A stretch of DNA of 64,000 bases from Leucoraja erinacea (Eukaryota), in contig NC_073391.1 of NCBI RefSeq assembly GCF_028641065.1, positions 14,384,001 through 14,448,000 of the forward strand. Reading direction: 5' to 3'. Positions 11,211-24,869 of the stretch are shown in pieces. The notes beneath the pieces are model-generated. The model worked only from the letters and a program-made list of their open reading frames with translations. It ran no database searches and had not been told where the DNA came from. Numbering within the stretch: the stretch's first letter is position 1; the number at the start of each line of letters is the position of its first letter. Both the position numbers and the translations under genes were made by a program.

Positions 11211-13316
11211 GGGCCTGTAGCACTTCGACGATTTTTCAGGCGACTGAAAAACTGGCGACTTGAACGGCGACTGTCAGAGTGGAACACATCGCTTCCTTCA
11301 TCCGCCCATTATGCAGGCAGGGGACAGGGCAATGGAGAAGGAGGGATGGGGGGCAGGAGGGGGTAAGAGGGGGGTGGGGGGGGGAGAGAGGAGTTCAGTC
11401 TACATTCACTGAATCCATCCCTGTGAAAAGTTAGAGACGGTGCACACATTCTCGCTGTCCGAGCAAGACGTGAGGAGGGCTCTGACACGGGTGAACCCGA
11501 GGAAAGCTGCAGGCCCCGATGGCATCTCGGGGCAAGTACTCAAGTCCTGTGCCACGCAGCTAGCTCACTACAATATTCAACCTCTCCCTGGACAAGTCCA
11601 TGGTCCCTGCCTGCTTCAAAAGATCCATCATTGTACCGGTACCAAAAAATGCCTCCCCAGCTTGTCTGAATGACTACCGTCCGGTGGCCCTTACCTCGGT
11701 AGTCATTACACCGCTCTCTCTCATCTTGACAGCCAGAAGGGGGGCTACGTGAGGATGCTGTTCATAGACTTCAGTTCAGCCTTCAACACGATAGTCCCCA
11801 CCAGACTGTCCGAGAAGCTACTGGAATTAGGGCTCAACACCCCCCTGTGTGCCTGGGCCCTGGACTTTCTCACCGCCAGGCCCCAGGTAGTCACGATGGG
11901 AGGGAATACATCAAAGTCCCTCACCCTGAGCACAGGATCACCCCAAGGTTGCGTCCTCAGCCCCCTAGTGTACTCCCTGTACACACATGACGGTGTGGCT
12001 AGGTTCAGCTCCAACTCAATAATCAAGTTTGCTGATTACACTGTGGTGGTGGGCCTGATCTCAGACAACGATGAGAAGGCCTACCGGGTGGGGGTGGCTG
12101 ACCTGGCACTTTGGTGTCAGGCCAACAGCCTCCTCTTGAACATCAAAAAAATAAGGAGCTGATTGTGGACTTTAGGAGGGCACATCATCCGAGGATGTAC
12201 ACACCATTGAGGATAAATGGGGATACTGTGGATAGGGTGAGCTGTTTTAAATACCTGGGAGTCCACATCTCGGAGGATATAACATGGACATCACACGCCG
12301 CAGCACTCGTAGTAAGGCAAGGCAGCGCCTTTACCACCTCAGGCAATTGAGGAAATTCAGAGTGTCTCCGAGGATCCTCCAGTGCTTCTACGCAGCGGCG
12401 GTGGAAAGCATCTTGTCCGGGAACATTACCATCTGGTTTGGGAATTGTTCTGCCCAGGACAAGAAGGCTCTGCAGAGAGTAGTGCGTTCGGCCGAATGCA
12501 CTATGAGAACTTCACTCGCCCCTCTGCAGGAACTATACATCAGAAGGTGCAACTCCAGAGCCAATAAAATCATGGGAGTCCCCTTCCACCCCTGCAACGG
12601 ACTGTTCCAGCTGCTACGGTCAGGCAAACGCCTCCGTTGCCATGCTGTGAGAACGGAGAGATTGAGAAGGAGTTTCTTCCCAGAGGCCATTCGGACTGTA
12701 AACTCCTATCTCACCAGGGACTAACTTTACTGAACGTTTTTCCTTCCGCCCACAATATTTAATATATAAAAGAATATGTGATTCTGTTTGTAGTTTGTTT
12801 GGTTGTTTGTTTGTTTGTTTTTTTGCACAAAGTCCGCGATCATTGCCACTTTTCATTTCACTGCACATCTCGTATGTGTATGTGAAGAATAAACTTGACT
12901 TGACTTGACTTGACTTGACTTGGTGATTGGATCTGGAAGCGGACCGATACATCTGTAAATAAAACTGAACGACTCAGACATCTTTTCATAATCACAATTG
13001 ATTTTATTGTATTAATTTTAATATATTAATGTTTGAAATCCATGCATTGAAGGAAGAATATTTTACAGCACATCTGTGGTCCCTAACCCCAACCCTAACC
13101 AGGCGTCACCCGTAGGACAGCATATGTCAGCGTATATGATGAAACTCCCAGATGTCGCCCCTGGATTTTGAATATTCCAAAATGCCGGGATGACAGGGAG
13201 ACACCGTGCGTCACTACATGCGTCACCCGCGTCACGCGGCGTGACGACCCGACCACGACGCGACAACCTCTTTTTCAGGCCAACTCCGAAAATGTCGCCC
13301 AAGTGGGACAGGCCCT
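11211..13316. mobile_element. Possible PIF/Harbinger non-autonomous element interrupted by Rex1
   Basis: Right end cccaagtgggacaggccct (13316) matches the TIR of the MITE at 51424-52044. Left end gggcctgtagcactt (11211) is a degenerate partner. TSD not resolved. Confidence 0.4.
11405..12922 (+). mobile_element. Rex1/Babar LINE, 5'-truncated, frameshifted RT
   Basis: [38 protein letters not shown] and FKYLGVHI motifs across ORFs 11440, 11749, 12111 and 12284; (ACTTG)n tail 12893-12922. Confidence 0.92.
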
Positions 13317-13324
13317 TTGGTCTC

Positions 13325-13830
13325 TGCAAATTTGTCTTTCCGTAGTTTTACCACAGTTGCACAGTATAGAGTGGTGTGCAATATGCTCTAAACAGAGGCA
13401 TCTTCACCACATCTGTGCATGCACCAAACTTACGTAGGAGAATATTAGCCTGTACATCCAGCATACATCGTTGCCTATAAATATCCTCATCATCTGTCAT
13501 TTGTTCTGTAATAAAATGCCCAAGATATTTTACTTTATTACACTAAGATTATTGTCAGACAATTTAAAATTAGGAAATTGTAGACATTTATCCTCTTTGT
13601 TTCTACAGTTCATAACAGCACTCTTATAAGCATTACATTTAATATCATGTTCCACACCATACACACAACATATAATAAGGAACTGCTGGAGACCAGCGCT
13701 AGATGGACTGAAGACCACAACATCATCTGCATACATGTGCACTAAAATGTTACCAATCATGCACCCAGTATTACAGGCTTTCAATTGCTTGGACAGATCA
13801 TCAATATAAAAATTAAAGAGGACTAAAGCT
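13325..13830 (-). pseudogene. Non-LTR retrotransposon RT fragment (RTE-X/L2-Crack-like)
   Basis: LFNFYIDDLS...GCMIGN...MYADDVVVFSPSSAGLQ in ORF 13530-13880. Clade assignment is tentative. Confidence 0.7.
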
Positions 13831-14305
13831 TCCTTAATACACATATAAGTCAAATCTTGGGGGCTAACAGCTATCATCACATCCTCCGCCGGCTCCTAAC
13901 TCCTGGCTCTTCCCATACAATTCTGCTATTACTTTTTACATTGAAAACTACCATGTTAATTTATTTTAAATGAAATTTTGAAATCTGTACACCTCTTGAA
14001 CCCCATTACAATATGCACCAAAGAGGTCTTCATATTTTTTTTCAATATTAGCAATATCCTGCATAACAAACCAACTGGAGATCTCAGCCCTTGGTTGAAG
14101 GACTATCTCAGGACGAGTACTGGGAATAGCTGCATAATCTCAGGAAGGAGGGGAGAATAAGTCGCATCAGGCATAACGAGAGACACTGCATAATGTTTAT
14201 GATAGGCACCATAGGAGGAAGCCCTTTCTGGACATGCGGTCATGGTCACTTAACTGAATATATAATTATTGGCAGTGAACAGAACTGCAACCTTTCAGTC
14301 TCAAT

Positions 14306-15135
14306 GGATAATCATAATCATACTTTATTAGCCAAGTATGTTTTGCAACATACGAAGAATTTAATTTGCCATACAGTCATACTAATAAAAAGCAACTGAA
14401 CACACAAAATACATTTTAACATAAATATCCACCACAGTGACTCCTCCACATTCCTCACTGTGAAGGAAGGCGAAAAAAAGTTAATTCTCTTGACTTCTTT
14501 GTCCTCCAGCGGTCGGGGGCCTCTAGCCTTCCGTTGACGGGACGATCTTACTCCCGTAGCCGGCGGCGGGCCTCCTTGTCGGGGCGATCAAGCTCCTGCA
14601 TTGGGGGGGGGGGGGGGGGTGGAATATCAGCTCCCCCGCGCCCTGGCAATCTACCCCGGGTCAGGGCTAGTCAAACGTCGTGCGGTTTTGGAGCTTCCCG
14701 ACTCGGTCTCTCCCGAGACTACGAGCTCCGTGATGTTAAAGTCCACAGGCTGCGGTTGGAGCATCGATCACAGACAAATAATCTGCTCCAATGGTAAGTC
14801 CACAACCTGTGGTGGGGCTCAGTCCCGAGCAAGGCCTCCAGCTCCACCATGTCAGGCCGCAGAGCAACCAGAGATACTACCCGGAAAACAATCGCATCTC
14901 CTGCAAGGTAATAATAATAATAATACATTTTATTTGTATAGCGCTTTTCAAGGACTCAAAGTCGCTTAAGATAAGAGATTGAAACATGTTTCCCCTGACC
15001 CCCCAGCCCACCTCCCACATAAAACAAACCGGAGAACATTAACACAAACTTTTTAAACACACTAAAATAAAAAACCAAAGACAAAAAGGCCAGACAGACT
15101 GTAGGCGGTGCTGCCATCGAAGCGCCACCTGGTGG
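14306..15135 (-). mobile_element. GC-rich SINE-like element with Rex1-type tail
   Basis: Reverse complement aligns with 18504-19060 from the ccac(c/a)ggtgg 5' end to the gttgcaaaacatacttggctaataaa(tatgat)n tail. Small insertion at ~14908-14968. Confidence 0.8.
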
Positions 15136-16039
15136 ATAAGGCAGTGTGACAAACTATTCGTGGACATTGGTTAATACTCCTCTCAACTACGGTTGACATA
15201 ACATACTGAGAAAATAGATGTTTCAGATTACAGAAAGTCGAACATGACCAGCAGGGATTTTAAAAGAAATATCACAAGGCCATTTTATAATTGATCCATA
15301 GAATCACCCAGCAAGAACGGAATATTGCCTTGTAGAATTAAATTGTCACCATCAAGAATCTTTTAGCATTACGATCAATTGTTTTAAGTAATTAGCTCTG
15401 AGAATCTACTTTGCTGGATGTCTCTGCTGTTATAATTTACCTTTGCAAGTTGCTGCTAATAAGGTGCCACTTGGGATCTCTTCAAAGTAGTTATTTGAGT
15501 TAGCACTAGCTATAAACATAATGAGCAACTGTTGATCCAGTTAAATATCTAATCTCTGCTCTGAATACCAATTAGGTGAACTCCGAGTTATTTTTATAAA
15601 AGCTTTGAGAACAGGTTCCCCTCTGTTCTAGGTCATGCCTTTGCAGAGCATCATTCAGAAACACTGGCCATCAAATGCCACAACAGTTGAACCGCCTTAA
15701 ATTTGCAACCCCTTATTTTTCCACAGCAAGTTCTAGATTTTCCCATGAAGGGAAATGTCCTCTGTCCATCTACCCTGTCAAGACTGTACAGGGTCTTAAA
15801 TATTTTTTAAGTCAGTCTCACTCTTCCAAACTCCAACAGATACAAGCCAAGCAAAGTCCTTCCTTTACAAATGCATAGTTATTAGTTCCTCTCAATCATC
15901 TGCACACTCCCATCATAAACAAGTAAAACTGGATTCCTACCATAACATCAACAAAACAAAAGTAATTGCATTTTTTAATAATATATAGATTTTATTTAAA
16001 AGAAATCATTGCTATTTTATATTGTAACAAACAGTCGAT

Positions 16040-16470
16040 CACACCGATTAGCCTCCCCATCACCAACTCCATCTAGACCACGCTGCCTTATGAAAGCAGC
16101 CAACATAATCAAGGACTATTTTTATCCCAGTCATTCCCTCTTCTCCCCTCTCCTGTTAGGCGGAAGGTACAAAAGTTTGAAAGCACCTACTGCCAGATTC
16201 AGGAACACTTCTTCCCAGGCTGTTATCAGATTACTGAATGGTCCCATAAGCTAGGGTGTAGTCTTCCTGTTTACTTCATCGTGGACCTTAGCATTTTTCT
16301 CTGTTTGCTATAAAGTTGTAACACCATGTTCAGTACTCTGGTATATTTGGCTTTGCACTGCCTGTTGGACTTGTGCATGGCTTGATAGTAGTCATGTATT
16401 GTATAATTAGATTTGACTGGATAGCACACAACAAAAGCTTTTCACTGCATCTCTGTACACGTGACAATAA
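16040..16470 (+). mobile_element. Older Rex1/Babar LINE 3' end
   Basis: RCLMKAANIIKD...GGRYKSLKAPTARFRNT..AVIRLLN; tail ttttcactgcatctctgtacacgtgacaataa. Confidence 0.75.
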
Positions 16471-16489
16471 TATGTTTATGAGGAATGAT

Positions 16490-16790
16490 TGAATACTTTG
16501 GGCTGAAATAGTTGGATGTTTGGAAGAATGAGTGGTGATCCTACTGAAACGCAAAGGCTTCTGGGAGTGTCTGACAGGGTAGATATGAATTGGATATTTC
16601 CATTTATGAGGAGAAGAGTGGGAATTTCTGCTCTCAAACGGTTGTGAAATACACCAGGGATCCGAGGAAGCTTATTCCTTGAATGTATTCAAGGCTGAGA
16701 TAGCCGCCGGGATTACAGGGAAATCAAGGGTTATGAAGAATAGGCTTGAAATGGAATTTAGGACAAGATCAAATAAAATTATTTACTTAT
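16490..16790 (+). mobile_element. Degraded CR1 3' fragment
   Basis: gaagaatgagtggtgatc...gacagggtagat...gtattcaaggctgagatag resembles the CR1 ORF2 C-terminus. Confidence 0.45.
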
Positions 16791-17671
16791 TGAAAAATCT
16801 GGTGGTCAAAGGGTTAAAATAACCGTCACAGAATAGAATAATAGACAGTCTACTCAACCTCAATGTACATTTGTCAATGTTGAAGTCACCACCATGGCAG
16901 TTAATGGTCTGCAAAGATATCTGAGAATGTGAGAAGATATATGCAAGGAAATTAATTATAAATTAATCAAAGTCACTAGAGACTGCAGATGCTGGAATAT
17001 GGAGCTAAACCCATCTGCTGGAAGAACTTAAGAGAGTTGAGCAGCATCCGTGGGGGAAAGGGAATGGTCGATGCTTTGAGTTAAAATCAGGATATGACGC
17101 TTTGTTTCAGCTTGAGACATCAGCTATTCCATTCCACCTGCATGAATTAATTGAAAGTGTGGATATCCAGGATTGATCACAGGATTTTCTATCAGGAATT
17201 TTTCTGAGAAATAAATGTAACTACAGGTTGGATCCAGACTTGTATGTGATTAAGGACAATGTGCTAAGCTTCCATGTCCATTGTACATGAACAGCTAAGC
17301 ACCAATAACTTGGATGATACACAATTGCGTTAAGTGAAAAATAAAGGAGTTAAAAAAGGACACAATGGCAGCATCTCTGGAGAACATTGATAGGTGAAGT
17401 TTCAGGCCGCAACCCTTCTTTAGGATTTCACCTGATTTACAATTTGAAATGTCACCTATCCATGTTCTCCAGGGATTCCGCCTGACACCCATAATCAGCT
17501 CAAACTTTCAAAGGGCAAGTATCTGCCTGCTACAAATTGCCACATTTGGCTGCAACTTGGAAATGCAGGCTGTGGTGCAAAGGCAAGTTTATTCCCTAAG
17601 AAAAACTTACATCCTGAGAAACCTGACTTTTCTTAATAGGAATAGCAAAGATTCTGCAAATCCCTGCATTG

Positions 17672-17830
17672 TTAGAAATATAGAAAATAGGTGCAGGAGT
17701 AGGCCATTCGGTCCTTCGAGTCCGAACCGCCATTCAATGTGATCATGGCTGATCATCCCAAATCAGTACCCCGTTCCTGCTTTTTCAGCATATCCCTTAA
17801 TTTTGCTAATCATAAGAGCCAAATCTAACT
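17672..17830 (-). mobile_element. CR1 3' tail fragment
   Basis: agaaaataggtgcaggagtaggccattcgg..., the same tail as 28793 and 47220. Confidence 0.8.
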
Positions 17831-18503
17831 TCAGTGGGGTCTGACAAGTGGTTGGCAAAATAATAACTCTTTGAATCATTTACACCTGCTTGACAACTAT
17901 AATAGTTTCATAGGATCCTGAAGTCAAATGGTTTTATTTTGTCCATGTTTTCAATTGAAACTGACCACCTGGGGGCAGCACCTTTGAATGATGTTGGTGA
18001 GGTAAACTTCCCAGACTGACCATCTTCACCAGATGCTGTGGTCCACATGCCATGTGAATGCTCCATATCTCATGAAATTACATCCCCAAATGTTGTAAAA
18101 TATATGGGAGTTGGGAGCAGAGATCCTACAATGCAGCCCTTGTGAACTTTTGGGACATTGGTTCATGGATAAAATTGGCCGCACAGGCCAACTTTTTCCA
18201 AACTTGCTTACTTTTAAAATGTCAAAAACCATAGCTATACAAATTGACTGTCAGAATTTGAAGTGCGTTTTTAATCTGTTGAGTATACTCAACTCATATA
18301 TCACAAAGATTAAGCATAGATGGTGACAAAATGTACTGGTGTTTCAATTGGTAGCCTCATTCAGTTGCAAGATTAATTCTGAGATCGTTGTGACATAATA
18401 TACATTAGACAGTAGCATTAGCAGTTTCGAATAAAAGTCAGATGGAAATTATAAGCTGGCTACTTTCAAATATAATTCCAGCAAACCGATAACAACTGTG
18501 ATT

Positions 18504-19060
18504 CCACCTGGTGGTGCTTCGATGGCAACCTTACCTACATTCTGTCCTTTTCATCTTTTTTTTTGTTATTTTTAGTGTGTTTAAAAAGTATGTGTTAATG
18601 TTCTCAGGTTTGTTTTATGTGGGGGGTGGTCGGGGGAAACTTTTTCTCAATCTCTTACCTTGCCGGAGATGCGATTATTTTCCGGGTCGTATCTGCGGTC
18701 GTCCTCCCGTCTAACATCGTGGAGCTGGAGGCCTTGCTCAGGACTGACTTTGAGTCACACCGCGGGGCTTGGACTTACCACCGGAGCCGATTCCTTGCCT
18801 GGGATCGATGTTCCAACCGCAGCCTGTGGATTTCACCATCGGGAGCTGGAGGACAAAAGAACGGAGAGATTTAACTTTTTTTTCACCTTCCATCACAGTG
18901 ATGAATGCGGAGGAATCACTGTGGTGGATGTTTATGTTAAAATGTATTTTGTGTGTTTTGTTGCACTTTAGTGGTATGACTATGGCAAATGAAATTCCTC
19001 ATATGTTGCAAAACATACTTGGCTAATAAAATATGATTATGATGATGATTATGATTATGA
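18504..19060 (+). mobile_element. GC-rich SINE-like element with Rex1-type tail
   Basis: Homologous to 14306-15135; ends with a hairpin, AATAAA and (ATGATT)n. Confidence 0.8.
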
Positions 19061-19939
19061 TTTAGGGGCAGGTTATCACTATTCTTTGACAACTTCTAAA
19101 TTAAATTCTTGACATAATTAATGCGTTGAATTTGGCTGCAATAATAACATAAGACTGCCACTCACATTACTTGGCATTTATATTTCTCCAGTAAACAAGG
19201 AAATCTGGGGGGATTGTTGCCTGAGCTCCATGAGGGATGCACTTTTACATTGCCATCAATAGATGAGGCACTAAGGTAACTGTAATATATGAATTTATGA
19301 CATGAATCATATTCCGGGCTAAACTTTGCTGAAAAAGTAGGTGCATTCAGATGCAGATATGTTTTAGCGCCATGATAGTCACTGCAGATTGACAATATTG
19401 GGGTCTGAAAAATTTACTTTAAGGTGACAGTTCGAGGAAGGGATGTTGATTGAGATGCAATATGGGTTGGGATATGGGGATTCCTGGACTATCAGCTAAT
19501 AATTTGGTTGATTATTTTAAAAAATCAAAGAAAATTAGTTTTAAAGTTGGTTACTTGTCTTTTTCTTTCATTTAGATTCTGTAAGCACTGATGGTAGTAC
19601 TGTCATGGTCAGACTAATAATCCAAATGAAAAGATGCAAGTTCAAATCTCACCATGGCATCTAAGGAAATTAAATTCATTTCATTAATATTGAAAAACAA
19701 ATTGCAGTAACAATGACCAGAAAATCTATTGGATTAAATCATTAAAATCTTATTTGGTTTATTAATGTTTTCAGGGGAGGAAATCTGCATCCCTTATCCT
19801 AACTGTTCTTTATATAATTCCAGACTCTTAATTGTCCATCTGAAAATGGCGAAGCAAGCTGCTCAATTTACCATTGCAATTATAATCAATCTATAAAAGA
19901 ACAAAAATACATTGACCGGGGCCGCAAATTCAGACATGG

Positions 19940-20893
19940 CACAGTTAATTACAATATATAACGATTTAGACGAGAGATTTAAATATGACACCTCCAAGTT
20001 TGCGGATGACACAAAGCTGGGTGGCAATGTGAGCTGCGATGAGGATGCGATGAGGCTGTGAGGTGACTTGGATAGGATGGGTGAGTGGGCAGATGCATGG
20101 CAGATGCATTATTATACTGTGGATAAATGTGAGGTTATCCACTTTGGTGGCAAGAACAGGAAGGCAGATTATTATCTGAATGGTGTCAGATTAGGAAAAG
20201 GGGAGGTGCAACAAGACCTGGTGTGCGTGTACATCAGTCACTGAAAGTAAGCATGCAGGTACAGCAGGCAATGAAGAAAGCTAATGGCATGTTGGCCTAC
20301 ATTGCGAGAGGATTTGAGTTTAGGAGCAAGGAGGTAACATTGCAGTTGTACAGGGTCCTGGTGAGATCACACCTGGAACATTGTGTGCAATTTTGGTCTC
20401 CTAATTTTGGGAAGGACATTATTGCTATTGAGAGAGTGCAGCGTAGGTTCACCAGGTTAATTCCCAGGATGGCGGGATGACATATGATGAAAGAATGGGT
20501 CGACTGGGCTTGTATTCACTGGAATTTAGAGGGATGAGAGGGGATCTTATAGAAACATATACGATTCTTAAAGGATTGGACAGGCAAAATGCAGGAAAAA
20601 TGTTCCCGATGTTGAGGAAGTCTAGAAACGGGGCACATTTTAAGAATAAGGGGTAGGCCATTTAGGACTGAGATGAAGAAACACCTTTTCACCCAGAGAG
20701 TTGTGAATCTGTGGAATTCTCCGGCAGTGGAGGCCAATTCATTGGATGTTTTCAAGAGAGAGTTAGATTTAGCTCTTAGCAGGAAAAGGGTGCTAATTTT
20801 ATATGATCAGCCATGATCATATTGAATGGCGGTGCTAGATCGAAGGGCCGAATGGCCTACTCCTGCACCTATTTTTCTATGTTTCTATGTTTC
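19940..20893 (+). mobile_element. CR1 LINE 3' half
   Basis: KFADDTKLGG and KKANGMLAYIARG motifs; tail tttctatgtttctatgtttc. Confidence 0.9.
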
Positions 20894-20894
20894 A

Positions 20895-21925
20895 AAACCC
20901 TCTAGTCCTGGCAACATCCTTGTAAATATTCTCTGAGTCCTTTCAAGCTTGACAATATCTTTCCTATAACATGGTGCCCAGAACTGAACAAAATACTCTA
21001 AATGCGGTCTCACCAACATCTTATACAACTGAAACATGACCTCCCAACTTCTATACTCAATAATCTGACTGGTGAAGGTCAATGTGCCAAAATCCTTTTT
21101 GACCATCATATCTACCTGCGACTCAACCTACAAGGAACCATACACCTGTACTCCTAGATCCCTCTGCTCCTCAACACTCCCCAGAGGCCTACCATTCAAT
21201 GTGTAGGTCCTGCCCTTGTTATACGTCCCAAAATGCAACACCTCACATTTCTCTGTATTAAATTCCATCAACCATTCCTCCCCCCACCTGGCCAATCGAT
21301 CAAGATCCTGCTGCAATTTTTCACAACCATCTTCACTATCTGCAAAACCACTCACTTTTGTATCATCAGCAAACTTGCTAATCTTGCCCTGTATGTTCTC
21401 ATCTAAATCATAGATGTAGATGACAAACAGTAACGGGCCCCAGTACCGAACCCTAAGGCACACCACTAGTCACAGGTCTAGTCACAAACCTTCTACCATC
21501 ACCCTTTGATTCCTTCCATGAAGCCAATTTTCTAACCATTCAGCTATCTTTCCTGGGATCCCATGTGAGCTAACCTTCCAGAGCAGCCAACCATGCAGAA
21601 CCTTGTTGAACGCCTTACTGAAATCCATGTATAAAACATCTACAGCTCTGCCCTCATCGACCTTTTTGGTCTTGTCTTCAAAAAACTCAATCAGATTTGT
21701 GAGACATGACCTCCCATGTACAAAACCATGCTGACTATTCCTAATCAGCCTTTGCCCATCCATATGCCTGCATAACCTATCCCTCAGAATACTCTCTAGT
21801 AACTTTCCAACTAAAGATGTTAAGCTCACAGGCCTATAGTTCCCAGCATTTTCCCTGCAGCCCTGCTTGAATAGAGGCACAATTGCCACCTTCCAGTCCT
21901 CCAGCAACTCTCCAGTTTTTAAGGA
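20895..21925 (-). mobile_element. CR1 LINE RT fragment, opposite orientation and abutting the previous copy
   Basis: ORFs 21482-21928 (NYRPVSLTS, QHGFVHGRSCLTNL), 21128-21466 (KFADDTK) and 20885-21109. Confidence 0.9.
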
Positions 21926-24399
21926 CAACTCATAAATTTAAACCAGGGTTCCCGCAATTTCCTCTCAAGTTTCCCACAATGTCCTTGGATATCACTATCA
22001 CAGTCCCTGGATATACTTATCCTTTTAGAGGACAGACTTGCCAGAGGTGGCAGCATAGTAATATTCACGCAGGCGAGATCAAAACATTTACTCCGATCTC
22101 CATGAAGTCTCGTGCCATTAGTATGATAAAGAATAAGGAAATTATTTTCTCATTACCGCCAGCCATTCTCAGTCAGTTGATGACTCAGTGCTCCTCCCTG
22201 TTAAACAACACTTGGAAGATTTATTGACAGCTGGTTGGGAGACTGTTAATGTCTATGCGATAGTGGTTTGGTAGGAAAACACTGGTTAAGTGCTGAAGGG
22301 CACATTGCATGTTTGGGTCTGCTGTTGGTAATGAGTTGGATTAGCTTACTTGACCATTTCCTCATTGATCTACAGATGGCGTCTGCATCTGTCCATGATT
22401 AAATTGGTGGAGGGATCAACACTCAGTCCAATCTCGCCAATAAGAACCCTTCCATCATGTTTTGTAGCACTACAATATGCTAAATGAGATAGACTCAGGA
22501 CAGACTTGGCAACTCAAAACTGCATGTATACCAGCACAATCATGGCCCAGAACATCCATTATTCTTCAATGGTCTCAGGCCAGGTGATCAATGAGGCGCA
22601 GTACAGTTTACCTGGAGCAGCACTCGGCAGAAATAACAATGATGAGGTGCCAACGTGTAAGGCTGCTGCAGTGCATCAATACCATCAATAAAAAAAACCA
22701 TACAATGGCAGAGCAAAGTAATTCTGGTTTGGATTGTAGCTCTGTAGTTCAATCACATCTAACCATGAACTGTTATGGACAGTTAAACAATTAATGGGAA
22801 ATGATGACTAAGAATATACCCATCATAATCTGCAACAATTATGTGAATGTTGAAGATGTTTAAAGTACATTGACCTTGAATTGCTAAACAGATGATTCAC
22901 CTCAGCTTCTTCTTGAAATTCTTCCTACATAATAAAAGCCTGGCTTCAACCAATTCAATTTGCTCAGTGGCTGAGAGCAAGGGATTCAGTAAAGGCTATA
23001 AGAACAAACAACATTCCAGTGATAATATCAACTACCAGTGCTTCAGGACGAATTGTGCCTTCAGCCAAATTGTTCCAGTACTGTTAGAACATTGGTATCT
23101 AGCCAACAATGTAAAATAACCCAAGTGAATTTTGCTTAGAAAATACAGGGCAAACACAAAAGTAAGAGAAAAAGTAAACAAAGCATCTAAATGGCAAGAA
23201 AATAAACTGAAAGAGTCATATGAAAAATGGCTGCAAAAGCAGATCTAGGTCTGTTATCCTGCAGTGAGTGACTCCATTCCTGGTACACATAGGCTTTCCA
23301 TCATTTACAAGACACAAGTCAGGAGTGTGTTGGAGGACTCTCTACTTGCCTGGATGGTGGCAATTCTCAACAATCTCTAGACCATCTAAGTCAAACTAGT
23401 CCACTAGATTGTCATTGGTCAACCACCCTAAACATCTTTCCCTTATCTAGGCCCATCCAACAGCATATCCCAAGCCCTTGACACCCATCCTGAAAAGAAC
23501 AAGGACATCAGAGGATCATAATCTACAGGTCTTATGTCATCCTGACCTGGAAATATATTGCTAACTCCTGCCTTCTCCCCATACTCTTGGTCCATCCCAG
23601 TGAAGATTCACCAATCTGGTTGGTTTCATTGTTGCTTGGTTTGCTCATAGGTCCCTCTAAAAGGTCTTGCACTGAAATAGACACCAGGCTAGTAGATATT
23701 TCCACTGACAATCCTTCAAAAAGTCTTTGAACAACTGTCAATGAGATGAATATCAAAAGCCTTCCATCAAAATGTCATTGACTTAAAACATGAACTCTCT
23801 TTCTTTCTCCAGAGATGCTACCTGTCCTGCTGGATATTTTGTGTTGTTGTATTTTCTTTCCTGCTATGAACAAAATCTAGACCATTGTGAATAGGACATT
23901 GTTCTTATTATCTGATTGAATGCAGTGTTCTGAAGAAAGAAGTCTTGTTAAATCAGAAGCAAAACCCTGAAGCAAATTAAATAACTGCACATGGCTGCAT
24001 TGTTCATTCTTGTTTGTTAAGGGGATGGATAATGAATTTAAAAACAAATCTATTTATAAAATAAAGAAACTGTTTATGTCAAAATCCATATGATTTTGCA
24101 AAATAACCATAAAATATACATCATGCTTGAAACAAAAATAACTTAACACAAGACCAAATAAAAAACTAATTCAATCGGAAAAGATAACAGTTCAATTCTG
24201 AATGGAACTAGTGTGATCTCTGTCTTGAATTCTAACAGAGCTATCTTTTGTTCACTTTGAGTGGAGACTTTCTCAGTTATTTCACGCATGATTTGAAAAT
24301 ATTCCAATGCTTATAAACGTATGATGAACAAACAAGTTTTAAGTGTGGTCAGAGCTGGAAGATAATTTATATATTGTATTGAAACAACTTGCACAATAC

Positions 24400-24562
24400 T
24401 TATGCCGGCTGAACCAGGCTGTAAAGCCTGCAAAGCGTAATCAATCCTGAAGCAAGCAAACAGATTGGGTTACAAAGCTTCATCGTGTTATAAAACATTT
24501 ATTTGCATCAACTGTTTTCTCAAACAAGAGTAAAAAAAACCCAGCCTGCATTGGAAATTAAG
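24400..24562 (+). other. Putative 5' UTR exon of host gene (start not defined)
   Basis: Donor AAG|GTATGT at 24562/24563 and acceptor ttctccatacttAG|G at 24704/24705 define a 142-bp intron in non-repetitive DNA. Confidence 0.4.
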
Positions 24563-24869
24563 GTATGTGTGTTTATTAGATAGTTGGAACATGGTGATTT
24601 AACAGGAAATGATCCGAAGGAATGATCTGTTTTTGTTGAATTTGATAGTATTGTCAAGGCTGGCAATTGTCGATAATAGTATACTGTGTGTTCTCCATAC
24701 TTAGGTGCTTCAAATGTTGCTGTTCTGTAACTGGATTTGACATGTGAGCTGAGTATCTCCCTGAAAGATTTTACTTCCTGATCAGATCATCAAAAAGCAG
24801 AATATGAAAAACTGTAATAGACCTGTGATATTCTAAATCGACTGATATTTATTTAATGAATGTAAAACA

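Noticed and set aside
13081-13100. CCCTAA telomere-like repeats
   Set aside because: Only about three imperfect units inside a transposon remnant; not an interstitial telomere.
22000-23560. Faint LINE-like traces
   Set aside because: Probably an ancient CR1/L2 remnant, but too degraded to delimit or classify by eye.
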